Part shown: in pieces, positions 26,560 through 39,430 of the stretch
Numbering within the stretch: the stretch's first letter is position 1
How the letters are laid out: every line of letters starts with the position of its first letter
DNA from: Isurus oxyrinchus
Lineage: Eukaryota
DNA: 64,000 bases
Direction of reading: 5' to 3'
Assembly: GCA_026770705.1 (NCBI GenBank)
Contig: JANJGN010000015.1
Coordinates: 103,044,001-103,108,000 of the forward strand
Program-made: the position numbers and the translations under genes
Notes under the pieces: generated by a model
Told to the model about the DNA's origin: nothing
Database searches by the model: none
The model's input: only the letters and a program-made list of their open reading frames with translations

Positions 26560-27860
26560 AAATACTGTGGAGTGACATGATATGGAAAAGTAGGCTATGG
26601 CACTGGTGTAGGTGATGGGGTATGGTTGTATTGAGAAGTGGGGTTCTTGGATGTTTTAGTAGGAAGGGAAACTTTGGGAGTAATTGGAGTGGTGTGTAAT
26701 GGTGGTGATGGCTTACCAGCATTGCACAGCAGTAGTTGGTGGCCGTCATTTTGACGAACAGGATGAGGTCAGAAGCTCAGCTCAAGAATACAGAGGTTAT
26801 GAGCAGTCTCCGTTCAGTCTGAAACTGCAATTGAGGAGAAAGAAGATGCTGGTGGCATGAGTACAGAGGCTTCCCAGTGTTTAATTTCAGGGATGTTTAG
26901 GCTCAACAAGGCTAGCCGTCAGACTTAAGTTTTGACAGCACAGAGATAGTGGAAGGGTTGAGAAAGTTTGTGGAAATGTAGAGTTAGATGTATATGGTTA
27001 TATGTGCAAGCTGACACTAAAAGCTTTAGACGATATTACCAAGGAGTAGCATACAGATAAGGAAGAAGGGTCAAGGATTAACTTTTGGGGGATTCAAGAG
27101 CTGAAAGTCTAAGATGGAAAGAGAAACCATTACTAGAAATGCTACAATTGGATAAATAAGAGTTGAAACAATCAAGAGATGTTTCACAGAGCTGGACGAA
27201 GTAAGGGAGATGTTGGTAGAGCATACTTACATATACTGGGAGCTACATATATTAATATAGGGCCCTGTTCTTTGCAGACAGAAAGAACATGTATACATGT
27301 TGTGCCTGTTGCAGCTTAACAAAATAAGTGACAGCCATTTGTTGGTTCATCCCACTGGGCAATGCTTTGACCAGAGTCAAGCTGCCTGATTCAAAATTCA
27401 AACACTTGGCAGTTAATTGTAAGTCACCATCAACTGGTACATTCTCCATGGCAACGCCTCTACTAGAGTCCACTTGCTGACCAATCACCACTCTCTTCTC
27501 ATTCGGTATAAAGTGCTGTTTCCTTTACATTTGGTATTCTTGCGAACTGCAAGGCAAAAAGCTTCGACAAAAAACTTTTTTTCAGCAATTTTACAGCATT
27601 TTTCAATTAAGCAATTCTATGCACATAGTCTCCTCAGTGTCTCACATAATCAGTCATTCTTCATGTACAACTGTACTCGAGCATTGGAATAGACAAACCT
27701 AGGGGTAACAAAGGCATGGATGAAGGTTTCAGCAGCAGATGAGTTGATGTGGGGTCAGGGGTGGAGATGGATGTTGGCAGTCTTGATGATGGAGAGATTA
27801 TGGGTCAGAAGCAGTCAAGATCAAGCTGGTCAACGGTTCAGTCTCAGGCTTTGACCAGGC
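26560..27860 (-). mobile_element. Highly decayed L2-like RT fragments
   Basis: Purine-rich LINE antisense texture, e.g. gtaacaaaggcatggatgaaggtttcagcagcagatgag and gtgcaagctgacac...attaccaaggagtagcat. Discontinuous. Confidence 0.45.
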
Positions 27861-30800
27861 AAGTCTTTATACATGACAGGCACAAAGACAAGCATAGGAA
27901 ATTAGCATATATTATGACAACACGGAGCTGTTTTGCAAAGATAGAAATATTATACTGTATAAAATACAATGTATTACATTTCTACCAAATTGTGTCCCTT
28001 TAAGGCCACAAAGACTAATTAATAAGTAAAAACTGGATGGGTTCATTCAAAGGTTAACTGCTATTCAGACCGAGATCAAAATCTTAGGCTTCGTGGGAGT
28101 TCAATTAAGAAAGGCAGACAGAAGAAGCTGAATTTATAGAACATCCTTCATGATCTCAGATTAACCCAAAGCATTTCATAGCCAATTAAATATTTTTGAA
28201 GTGTAGTTACTGTTCTAATCTAGGGAAAGATAGCAGCTAATTTGGGCAAACAAGTTCCCACAATCATCAATGCAATAAAATGATCAGATATATCTGTTTT
28301 TGTGGAGGGATAAAAATAGGTCAGTCAACATAGAGAATGCTCCAAGGCTCTTTTCTGTATAGGAATCTTTTACCTTCACCTGAGTGGGCAGGGAGGGTTT
28401 AATACTGCATCTGAAATCCAGGATTGCAGTTCTTGCATTTTCTATTCCACATTTCTGTACATCATAAATGGCTACTTTGTTTAAAGCATGAAACAGAAAT
28501 CTGATTAGGAAATGTGTGATAGAAAAGAACTGTGCCCAAAAAGTTTCTTGAGCACTACCAGTTAGAAAGTCAAGACCAAGGCTACAGTCTTCAGAAGAAG
28601 TGAAGTGAGAAGATGGCGTATAATTGGAACAGGGCATCCAGGGATAAAACAGTCTTGATTTAAATATGTACATTCTGTCCTTATTTTAAAATAATACTTT
28701 GATTTGATATTATCTGCATTAAGAACTGCAAATGCTAGAAATAACCAGGAGATCAGACAACATCTATTGAGAGAGATGGGGTTAAAGTTTCAGATCAATA
28801 ACCTTCTGTGGTTTATTATTTGCAGTCTTTGTTGTATAGCACAGGATTTTCCCTGCAATACAGAGGAAGGTGTTGGGAATGCAAAACTGGGACCCTGTGC
28901 ATCAGTGCTAGTGAGAGGGTGTAATTATAGCATAACAAGTTATGTAAGCAGTCTCCATTATAAATGTATATAATGCAATTTATAATGGAAAGGGTGAAAC
29001 TGAAAATGTGCACAGATTAAGATTTTCAATATATTACCAATTGATCTCCATGATGTTGCCCATGGTAAGTCAGAGAACATGGTATTTCCCAAACTGTCCC
29101 TCTGCCTTCATGTTGCTGTTTCTGTCTGTCGCTCTTGTTCCTGCCTTCACTACTTTATGCTTCCCTCCCTTTCTCTTTTCAACTAAGAGGTCTATGTGTG
29201 GGGAGAAAAGAACCACTAAAGGTTGCAGACTGCATTCAAGGTAGATGTTTTAGGGTAAATGTGGCTCTCAGTAGCTTCTGTCTAGTCCCCATTCCCAATG
29301 ACTTGTGCTTCTCCTCAACATGCTCTCAAAGTGTGCTTACCCTTCCCACAATCCAGTCCAATCACTACTCTCAAAATTATTTTCCTCTTCCCCATTGAAC
29401 AATCTGCTCAACCACAATATCTCACCCTTTGTGCCAAGGGCACTCACCTCACCCTTAACCCTTCATTCATTCCTCTCAAAGATGAATGGCAAAAGGCAAG
29501 AGGCTGCCCTCACCCTCTATTCCTATCTATTTCCTATAATCAAGTTTTCTCAGCTTTCAAAATGTAACGTGCTTTCTTTAAAAACAGCCACCAAGTTAGA
29601 ATAAGATAATAATTTACATATCTGCCTTTCTCTCTGCTGCCTTGTCTCATTACTGTTAGAAATTTTTGTCATAGACAGAAACAATTAATATTAGCCTTTT
29701 CTAATTCTTAACAAAACAAGAGAAGTAATTAGCTGGCTTCAAATTTCATTTTTTTAAAAATTGGATTAGCATTACATGAGGAGAAACTGTATTTTTCTCC
29801 CTCACCTCTCTTCAAGTCTTTGACCATTTCTTTCTCTCTTCCTTTTCACACAACCTCTCCTTTTAAAAGGAATGCAATGAATTTTATCCCAGTACTGCTT
29901 TTGGCATTGGTCCATGACCTAATCTTCAAATAATTATGAGAAAACCTATGAGCTGAAACAGCTAGAATTTCTAAAGACAAAAAAATCCACCAGTACAGTT
30001 GACTGACAATACTGATGTATCCCTGGAATGGAGATACACTGCACATGCACACGCTCATTCTAATTCAGCTCACAATACCACAGTTCTGGGCTCAAGTCTG
30101 GGCTTTGGGAGAGGCAGAGTCCTTATAGTAAAACTTTAATTGAAGGCCTTAGAGGACACAAAGGACAATGCAAAGGATAAATTTCATGATGTTATTGTGA
30201 AATTGGTACTTTTTAAAATGCTCGTTACACTTTTTTTTGGACATCAAAAATTTCAATTACAGAGGGGAAGAACTGGCTATTGAAAAAATATTTTATAAAA
30301 CACTGTCAGAACATGGCCAGACTCTGCAGCCAAACTGAGCAATCAGAGAGACAAGCTTACATAGGCACTTTCCATTGTACACATGGGCATGGGAATTTAT
30401 AATGGAAAAAATTAACACAGAAATAGTGACAACAGAAAGACAAGTGACCCATACAAATAGTGCATGCAGACACAACATTTTTAATATACTGTAGAGATAA
30501 ATAATGTTCATAAACAACAGAAAATGGCAGGATTTACACACCCCAGCATGCTATATTGCAAATTTACTTCAAGCAGCCGCAAATTATTTTTCTTAAGCTA
30601 ACTAAAAAAAGCAAACAAGGGAGTTTCCATACTGTGTAGAATTTTTCACTAACCATTTCTCTTGGAAAATTTTCAGTTCTAATGCTTATCAATTGAACAC
30701 AGCTTCTAAAGATACTGCCAACTTTTCATTCTATCTAATAACTTACTGCTGTGGAAGAAAGAATATTCTCAGTGCTCTGGAAGATCATTGATGGGGAGAA

Positions 30801-30929
30801 AACAAGGGAGGGAGGGAAATGTGATGGAGAAGGTGAAGGGATAGCTGCTGAAGGGGGCATGGGAGAGGTGAATTTACTACGTTGCAAGTTCAAAAAATAA
30901 CAAAAACCATATACAAAAAAGAAAAAGGG

Positions 30930-31450
30930 CAACAACTTGCATTTGTGAAGCACATTTAACATAATAAGACATCCCAAAGCATTCACAGGAGTGTTACAAA
31001 ACAGGATTTAACACTGAGCCACACAAGGGGATATTAGGGCAGGTGGCCAAAAGCTTGGTCAAAGAGGTAGGTTTTAAGGTGTGTCTTTAAAAGAGGAAAG
31101 AGAGAAGAGAGCTGGAAAGGTTACAGGAAGGAATTCCAGAGCTTAGGGTCGAGGCAGCTGAAGGCATGACCAATAATGGGGCAATTAAAATCAAGGACGT
31201 TCATGCGACCAGAATTAGATGTGCGCAAATACCTTGGAGTGTTATGGGACTGAAGGAGGTTTTTTAGATAGGGAGGAGCAAGGCAATGGAGGGATTTAAA
31301 ACCAAGGATGAAAATTTAAAAATTGGGGCACTGCTTGACTGGGTACCAGTGTCGGTCAGCCAATTGTAAATGGGATTTTGCGTAAGGGCAGTGGATTTTG
31401 GATGACGTCAAGTTTACGGAGGGCAGAATATGGGAGGCAGACCAGGAGTG
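30930..31450 (-). mobile_element. L2-like LINE 3' end
   Basis: acaacaacttgcattt...catcccaaagcattcacagg...gccaaaagcttggtcaaagaggtaggttttaagg. Related copies at ~21985-22110, 24270-24410, 41080-41310 (+) and 60630-60910 (+). Confidence 0.7.
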
Positions 31451-32299
31451 CAAGACAAAGGAAACAAAAGTTAAGAGAAATTTGGCAACTTTATACAGAA
31501 GTTTATGAAAGCAAAAGTTATGAAAATTAATGAATCAGGTACTTATATATATAACTAATGGCTAGAGGATTGAATTTAAAGCTGACCAATGCACTTTAAC
31601 ACTTTAGAATTGCTAACACAATTAGCACTTCCAATCTTTTTGAATATATGATCCTGGAAGGCATTTAGTAGGAAGTTAGAAGAGCCCCTCTGCAAATTGA
31701 GCAATTACTTTAAATGGCTCTATAAAGCATTTTTCAGGGAGTCAAATTAACGTCACACTAAAACACCACATCAACACAATGCGCATGTCTATGTGTGAGG
31801 GGTGAGAGCAGGAATAGACAGGACCCTTTTTGAAAACTTTATCAAAATTCCTGTAGATATAGGCAGTTTAACTATCAAGGCCAGAGTGACTTATTTTGCA
31901 AAAGTGAAGTACTGAGTTAAAAATTCAGTAACGTGCATGAAGACAAAAACAATTCAGCCTGATTGCACAACAGGGGCTCACAGGTGATCTTTTCAAGTGA
32001 TTATCTATAGAAGAAGGTAACAAAGGAAGCTGTCAAATAAAAATACAATTTAATAAATGGATTTAAACATTAGTTCTGCAGAAATGTACCAGCGTATTCC
32101 ACATCGCTTGATAGGTCATCAAATGCCGCAACTCTGATCTTAAACAGTATAAATTATACTCATTAAGCGCCTAACATGGGATTCTTGAAAAATCTTTTGA
32201 GCCAAATGTAAAGAAAATGCAAGAAAAATTCTTAAAGTCAAAAATAACATGCAAGGTTTTTCTAAATTACAACTTCATAAAGGCATTTAATCTCTGAAG

Positions 32300-32600
32300 T
32301 CATTTCCAGAGCGCTCAGCCACTCTCCCCCACGTCTGCTCCACTTCATTGGGGCGGCAGTAACATCTGCAAGTTAATTGACAGGCACTTCACAGTCCACC
32401 GGCTGAGAATGTAACCCCTCCTCCTTCTTGGTTAACCACAGGCTCCTGCCAGTCACATGCCTCCTCCCCTCTATCCTTTCCCCCTGCACCACAAGGACTC
32501 CATCAGAGAAGGAAGTGAAGCTCATATTACCACTGTGACATGGCCTGTTGCCAAGTCAAACTGGATATTTCCAGTTCAAACTAGCTCCGAGAAGCCAAAC
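32300..32600. promoter_or_regulatory. Enhancer-like non-repeat block in intron 3
   Basis: Locally GC-richer unique-looking sequence with a near-full NFI palindrome TGGC-N5-GCCAA (32541-32554), ETS AGGAAGTG (32510-32517), TGACA (TALE) and E-box-like motifs. Confidence 0.35.
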
Positions 32601-35239
32601 AAGCAGTTCTAGCTTTTGCTATATTCAGATGCAAGCTTTTCAATCCATACACATGGAACAGTTTGCCAAAATAAGCCTCCTTAAGATGGTATCCAGTTAC
32701 ACAATGTTACTATTATGTCCCTTAATTAGTGGCATTCCCCTTTCACTCACATAAACTTTAGAATAAAAATCAAAAATATTACAGCATTCTGGTTTATAGT
32801 CCACTTCACCGAAGTACAGCTCTTCACCGACACAGACTAATCGCAGAAATCAATTGCTTTCCTTTGTCTGCAACCTCACAAAGTCAACTCTGTACTTCTT
32901 GCCTCTTTTTAAAAAGAATTTTCATTCACAAACATTAAAAACACTTCTGGTTCAATCAAAACTACAACCTCAACATGTCAATGAACATGGAGAGAAAAAA
33001 AAAACTATGCTGAAGCTATTTTCTGCGATCTGCAATAAACAGCCTTATTTTGCACAAAATTCATGTGACAACAACAGCTTTCCGACAATGATCCACATGG
33101 GCTTTTATGTACAATGTTTATTATGTTAAACTAAATCTCCAGGCATTTAAGCATTTTTAATCTGAAAGCCAGATGGGTTCTCTTTATTATGCAGTACACA
33201 TTTAGTACCATAGTAAAATGAGTATGGATTCAGATATATTGCTGGTTGACCGAGCAGCCGGTGAATCAAATGACGCTGAGCTGGCCAACCTGCGGCATGG
33301 AATCTCTAGGGCTCTCCCAAAACATTTTCAGTCAAAATGTCAACCAAAAGGCTTTCTAATGATAAAATCTTCTTGAAATAAAGGATATGATATCTGCTTT
33401 GATTTTCAAGGGTCAAATAATCAGTAAACCCTCTCCATGTGCTTAGCTACCTTGGTGTTAGTTGTAATTTTGTGTTAATTCCCATCAGAATCCCATTTTT
33501 TAAATCTGGAAATGGAGTTAGAACCAGACAAGAACTGTGCTTTCCATAATCTCTGGGTGAATTCCAAATCTGATACATGCACTATATTATCAAATTTAGA
33601 TGGTTTTGGAATACTGAATATTTTTTGAGTTCTTAGATCTGGTACAAATTTGCTTGCTTTCATCAAGAAAATAGCTTATTTGCAATTCTCTGTGGTCTCC
33701 TTTTATACAGGTAAAAAAGCTCATTCATATAATTAAGGACTTCAACCGCTATGTTCTTAATCCTACAGTTTATTGGGCAACTGACCAGATTGGATGGGTG
33801 TTAAGATACATAACTATCTTCACGTACAATGGAAGCATAATTAGCTCAATCTTTTTTCCTGTTCCCTGCTTTATGTCCACATTATGTTACATATCTTCTG
33901 AGCATGAATCGTGGGATAATTTTAATAAGTTTAAAAATTGAAGCTAAACAAAAAATGCATATTGGCAATGCAGGTTTGTCTTTAAAAACAAAAGGAATTT
34001 CACTGGAGGGATGGTGGGTTGGGTGCAATGCACAATGAAATGATCTCTACTCTCATCATCGTGAGAACAAGTTTGTTCAGACATGAAAGGTCAGATTATG
34101 TCCATTCAATAGTATATTTCAAAGAATGCTTATTTAAACTATAAGCTTCTACATGTCTGCATTTCAATTTAATTAGTTACAGTACAACTTCATTACCCAA
34201 CTCTCAAGCACACATGAAGTATCATTAGCTGAGGACTAAAACTCTTCTGACATTTAACTGAGAAGGTGTCAGATGAAAAAGGTACAGAACGCAAGGGAGA
34301 AAGACTAAATCAATTACTGTATTATTAGCTGCTCAGGTCAAGACCACTTGGCTGAAAAACTGAAGGTCAGAAACAAAATATTTCCAAATACAAAATCTGT
34401 ACTATCATAGAAATTTTGCTACCAAACGAAGTTCAACTCATTGTTAGCTCCAATGGTACAGCCATCTATAATCCTCATCTCCCTTCTTCATCCTCTTACC
34501 CTCTGGCAGCTTTCTTCTACAGTTTTCTTCTACAAGTGCAAATTGCTTGTTAAAAACAATGAAGGACTACTGCCTTAATCAAGGTGCCACCTGACGGATG
34601 ATACATTTGATTGAGGCCCAGTTTGCTGTGTTCAGATTCATGGCACTATTGGAAAATATCTTCAGATATTCTGGCCAACATTTATCCCTTAAACACCACC
34701 AAAAGAGATGAATTGGTTTTTGATCTCATCGATGTTTGGAGACACTGCTGTGTGCAAATTGGCTGTTGCATTACCTGGAAATGAAATAGGGACCACCAGC
34801 CTATCGTGCAAAGGAAGTATTTACAGATGATCTTTTATCAGTTTTATTTTTCCATGGCTCCAATATCCCCTAAAGGTGCATAAATTTACATTAAATAAAC
34901 CATAATCCCGGAAAACAAATAAAAGTTGAATACTGCACTAGGATGTTTCTTGCAGGATTCACACTTAAGCTGCATTGATATTGTTCTTGTGATTCAGATT
35001 CGGGGAGGATGGTATCCAGGAACTGCCTCCCAGTATGTTTGCTATGAAATCATTTTCCATAGCTCAGTGGCAGATCCAGAATTTGAATTACAATAGAAGT
35101 AGATAAGGCAGGCTTAGCTAACAAATAAATATTATATGAGATTAAATCTTGTCGAACCACCCTACTCTCTCATCTTTAAAAAAGTCAAAATACGTTTTCC
35201 CTACCAGCTATTAAGAAAGCTGCTCTGTGATCTTTACTT

Positions 35240-35650
35240 TTTTTTATTCTTTCATGGGATGTGTGTTGCTGGCAAGGCCAGCATTTGTTGCCCATCCCTA
35301 TTTTTACTTGAACTGAATGGTTTGCTAGGCCATTTCAGAGGACAGTTAAGAGTTAACCCATTGCTATGGGTCTGGAGTCACACGTATGCCAGACCAAGTA
35401 AGGATGGCAGATTTCCTTCCCTAAAGGGTATGAGTTTCTCCTGGGTTCTCCAAGGGTTTCTCCTGCAGGAAACATCCTAGTGCAGCCTGTTTTTTTTTTA
35501 CAACAATTAATCGTCATGGTCACCATTACTGATGGCCAGCTTTATAATTCCAGATTTATTAATTGAATTTAAATGATGGGATTTGAACTAGGTCTCCAAA
35601 ACATTACCTAGGCCTCTGGATTACTAGTTCTTTGACTTTACCACTATGAT
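35240..35650 (-). mobile_element. tRNA-derived SINE sharing its 3' tail with the above LINE family
   Basis: Minus-strand head catagtggtaa...ctagtaatccagaggcc...gttcaaatcccatc (A/B-box-like) and tail agggatgggcaacaaatgctggccttgccagc..cacacatcccatgaaagaataaaaaa. Confidence 0.75.
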
Positions 35651-35899
35651 CTTCCCATTTTACTGCCAAGTAAACCTAGACTTTCAATTCATCTTTTCAG
35701 TCATTAATTGTTGAACCTATGCACACACTTCTGCTATATTCAAATCAGTGACACAGTAATTGACTCAGGCATACTTTAGAAAAAAGGTTGGAGGGCAATA
35801 AATTCAGACTTGGAGGCTGGTAGAAGCACCTTCTGCACACCTACAGTTATTAATACTGAACATTGCTCAATAATCAAAGGACAATAGTTACAGAAAACT

Positions 35900-37345
35900 A
35901 CTGCAGTAAAACTGAGACTTACAGCTTTAAGAAAAACAATTTTCCTTCGATGAGAAAATTGTGCCAAGGAGCACAGGACAACCAAGAAAGTATGTTCAAG
36001 AAAGAGGTGATGGATAAATGGAGTAACTGTGACTCTCAGTTGTAGGCAAACTCTTAGAATCCATAACTCAATAAAATTATATAAAACTCAAAAGATAAAA
36101 TTAGTTTAGAAATGATAAAAGCCAAAAAACTGCAGATACTGGAAATCCAAAACAAAAACAAAAATAAAAATACCTGGAAAAACTCAGCAGGTCTGACAGC
36201 ATCTGCAGACAGGAACACAGTTAACGTTTTGAGTCTGTAGAACAGAACCTAAGGAAAAATAGAAGAGAGGTGAAATATAAGCTGGTTTAACTTGTCCCAC
36301 CCCCTTAAACCAGCTGATATTTCACCTCTCTTCTATTTTTCCTTAGGTTCTGCTGAAGAGTCACATGGACTCGAAACATTAACTGTGTTCCTCTCCGCAG
36401 ATGCTGTCAGACCTGCTGAGTTTTTCCAGGTATTTTTATTTTTGTTTTAGTTTAGAAATGCATAGGTTAATCAAGGACAGTTAGCACAGATTTTTTAAAA
36501 GCACATCGTATTTGGCAGATTGAACTGCTATTTGAAGAGGTGCCTGGCAAGAATGCAGAATATATAATGCACATTGTTGTTCAGAAGATATTTGATAAAG
36601 TAGCTTCCAGGAGATGTGTTAAAAACAAATCAAGTGTAACAAGAAAATTAGTGCACAGAAATTTGCTGATGGTCAGAAAACAATGGGTAAGGAGTAATAG
36701 GGGGGTGGTTCAGATTAGAGATGGGTTGGGACATGACACTGAAATTTGCAGATGACACAAAAGCAAACAGCAAGGGCTGTAAAACACTTCAGGAAGGCAA
36801 ACAGATTAGCAGAATAGATGGATGCAATTTATTGCAGGGAACTAAGAAGGAATATATTTTGGAAGGAAAATCAAACAAAGGAAGTACACAGTCACTGCAG
36901 AAACTGAGTGAACAGGTGCACTTCAAGGCTGAAATGCACCATGAAAATACAAGTGTGCAGGTAGATAAAACCATCTAAAAGGCCAATATAAGTTAGGATT
37001 TTATAAATATTGGCAAGGCACAAGAGTGTCACATTGATGATAAATTTGCACATGCGATGGTCAGGTCACAGTCAAAGACACTGTGAAGTTTGGTCACCCC
37101 ATTACAGAGGAAGGACATCAACGCTGTTGTGAGTGTACAGCATATATTCACCAGGTTATTGAGGTAATGAGAAACTAGTCATGAAAAGAGTCTCAAGATA
37201 CTGCAACTATTTCCACTGGAACAGAGAATGCAAAGAGGAAGTTCAATAGAGGGTTTTAAAATTATGAACAATTTTGATAGGATCAATAAGGAATTACTTC
37301 CTCTGATTGTGAAGTCAGTGACAAGGGTTTATCAATGTTAAATTA
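35900..37345 (+). mobile_element. Ancient CR1 LINE remnant interrupted by the pLTR palindrome
   Basis: LIKDS.H.F.K, QKIFDKV and LKFADDTK motifs in decayed form. Boundaries approximate. Confidence 0.7.
36115..36446. mobile_element. Palindromic Penelope-pLTR-derived mini-element with 14-bp TSD
   Basis: Inverted arms ~36160-36290 and 36305-36446. Perfect TSD ttagtttagaaatg at 36101-36114 and 36447-36460. Inserted in an old CR1. Confidence 0.88.
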
Positions 37346-38143
37346 TCACTAGTTTGTTGCCAACCACTATCAGTGGTTAATAATTTTCATGCTTTGAAGA
37401 GAAGAAAGTGCAATCCCATAACACTGTCATTTAATGGAAAGAACTAGCAAAATGTAATAGAGATTTGAATCTACTTCAATTAAAGACAGCATCTATTAGG
37501 AGGGACTGGAAAGGAATTAGATTTATTTGCACAGAAGGTACCCAAACTTTAATGAGTCACCAGGCACTTCTAGAGGAGATCCAGTTTCCTCTCACCACAA
37601 ATCTACACTTTAAATCTTTTACACAACAGATGCAGGCAATTTCTATCAAGCACCTATAATTCTCCATAGGCTATTTTTTAATCCAAAGGAAATAGAGCTA
37701 GAAATCCCCCACTACTGCTGTTTACTGCAAACATCATTCACCGATGACTCAGAAAATAAGTAACAGGCAAAATAAAAACTTAAATCAGATAGCAATATCA
37801 GGAAACAAATGCATTAAAACCTGAACAGTGGCGTTGGAAGTATGGTCAGTGAGTTTGCAGGCAACGCAAAAACTGTTCAATGGTTAGGATAGTAGAGGCA
37901 TGCAATCAAATGCAGATTTAGGTTACCAGAAGGGTGGACCACACAATGGCAAATGACATTTAAGATAGATAAATGTAATGGCATGCATGTTGGTGGGGCC
38001 AAGACAGATTATATGCATCATTTGCAGAGACCAATACTGAAAGAGGTTGAGATGTAGTGTTTAGTCATGGTGTCATAACTGAGTGTGAGGCAGCCTTAAT
38101 GGATCAGCTGGTCTTTTCTTCCTGTCAACTTTGCATGTTCGAA

Positions 38144-38360
38144 GAGCTGGATTTTATGGGAGGCTGTGGCCCGGCCACCGGTTGAAAAGTTGGGGGCGGG
38201 GGAAGCCCACCTCCACCTGTCCAGGAAGTCACAACCAGATTTTAAGGTAGTCGGGCAGTCAACTGCCTGAGATCATGGCTTCCACCCCTACGAGGGAGGA
38301 TGTCCCACCTCGAAGAGATGTCAGTCAACAGGGGAGGGGGTGGGGCATAAAATTCTAGCC
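38144..38360. mobile_element. Short MITE of the same family
   Basis: Imperfect TIRs gagctggattttatg and cataaaattctagcc; internal gtcccacctcgaagag core. Confidence 0.6.
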
Positions 38361-39249
38361 ATATGTTCTACCACCCTCTCCTTGTTATTGTATAGAAATC
38401 ATAGTGTTTTATCTACCCCTACCCCCAATTAAGATTCAATCATTTAAAATCTTATGAAGGATTCTGATATGTTGATGCAGAATATATCTAACACTTCTCT
38501 GACATTTCATTACCAGCTTCAATTTTTGCTTCCCAACCCTAAGCCACTTCTCAGTTCCAGAAAAATATCAGTTTGAAACTCAAAACGTAGAATACAAAAA
38601 AAATGTTTATTATTTCTCCAATTCTATTTAAGAAGTTTGGCAGTTGACCACATGCTAGCAACTTTTAATCCCTATCATTTTGTACCAAAACTACAAACTC
38701 TGGACAATGCTGGAATTGTAATAAATTTTACATTTGGATTGTTGGACTAAAATAATGAATTGCAGAGTGTATAGCTTATGATTGGAATAAATACAACTAA
38801 TCTGCTCATTTTTTACCTAAATTATACCCAACAATCGATCTCAGTTCATATATTCAAGGCCAACCAAAGGTTTCCCTTATTTTAACCAGGAACTTGAATG
38901 ACTGAAGTGCATGAAGCATTTAGACTGCTTACTTTTTTTGGAGATCACTACATTTGAGTGTGTTTCACAATAGCATATGTAAAAACACAATTCAGGAGAA
39001 CCTGAATGTTGATTGATCCTGCAAACTATATAAAAACATATTTTTCTAACCTCAATGAATATTTTTCTGTAATTATAATAGATAATAAATTTACAATGCA
39101 TTTGTCTAAATGTAGTTAAGTTTCGAATTAATCCTTCTTTGGGTCCAACTCCGCATACACCAGTTGGTCTCCAATGCCTCTCCTAATTGAATCATTCTGT
39201 ACACACAAGTCTCACAAACGAGTGTTAAGACTATTTTATGTTGGAGAGG

Positions 39250-39430
39250 ACCACAGCCAATGTTCAGTCACAATCCACACCCACACTTACAGCAGAGGTC
39301 ATGGGAGCTATATAAACCATCCTGGCAAGGATCAGCTAACTCATCACAGACCAGAAATCAAACCTGAGGACTTCCTGATCTGGATGACTTATCAATTTAC
39401 TATTTTAACCAGCTGCATCATTAGAGGAGT
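39250..39430 (-). mobile_element. Ancient tRNA-SINE-like fragment; related pieces at ~8960-9200, ~56240-56410 and ~61110-61335
   Basis: Shared gatcagctaactc..cacagaccagaaatcaaacctg.g.. head-like motif among the copies. Confidence 0.4.
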
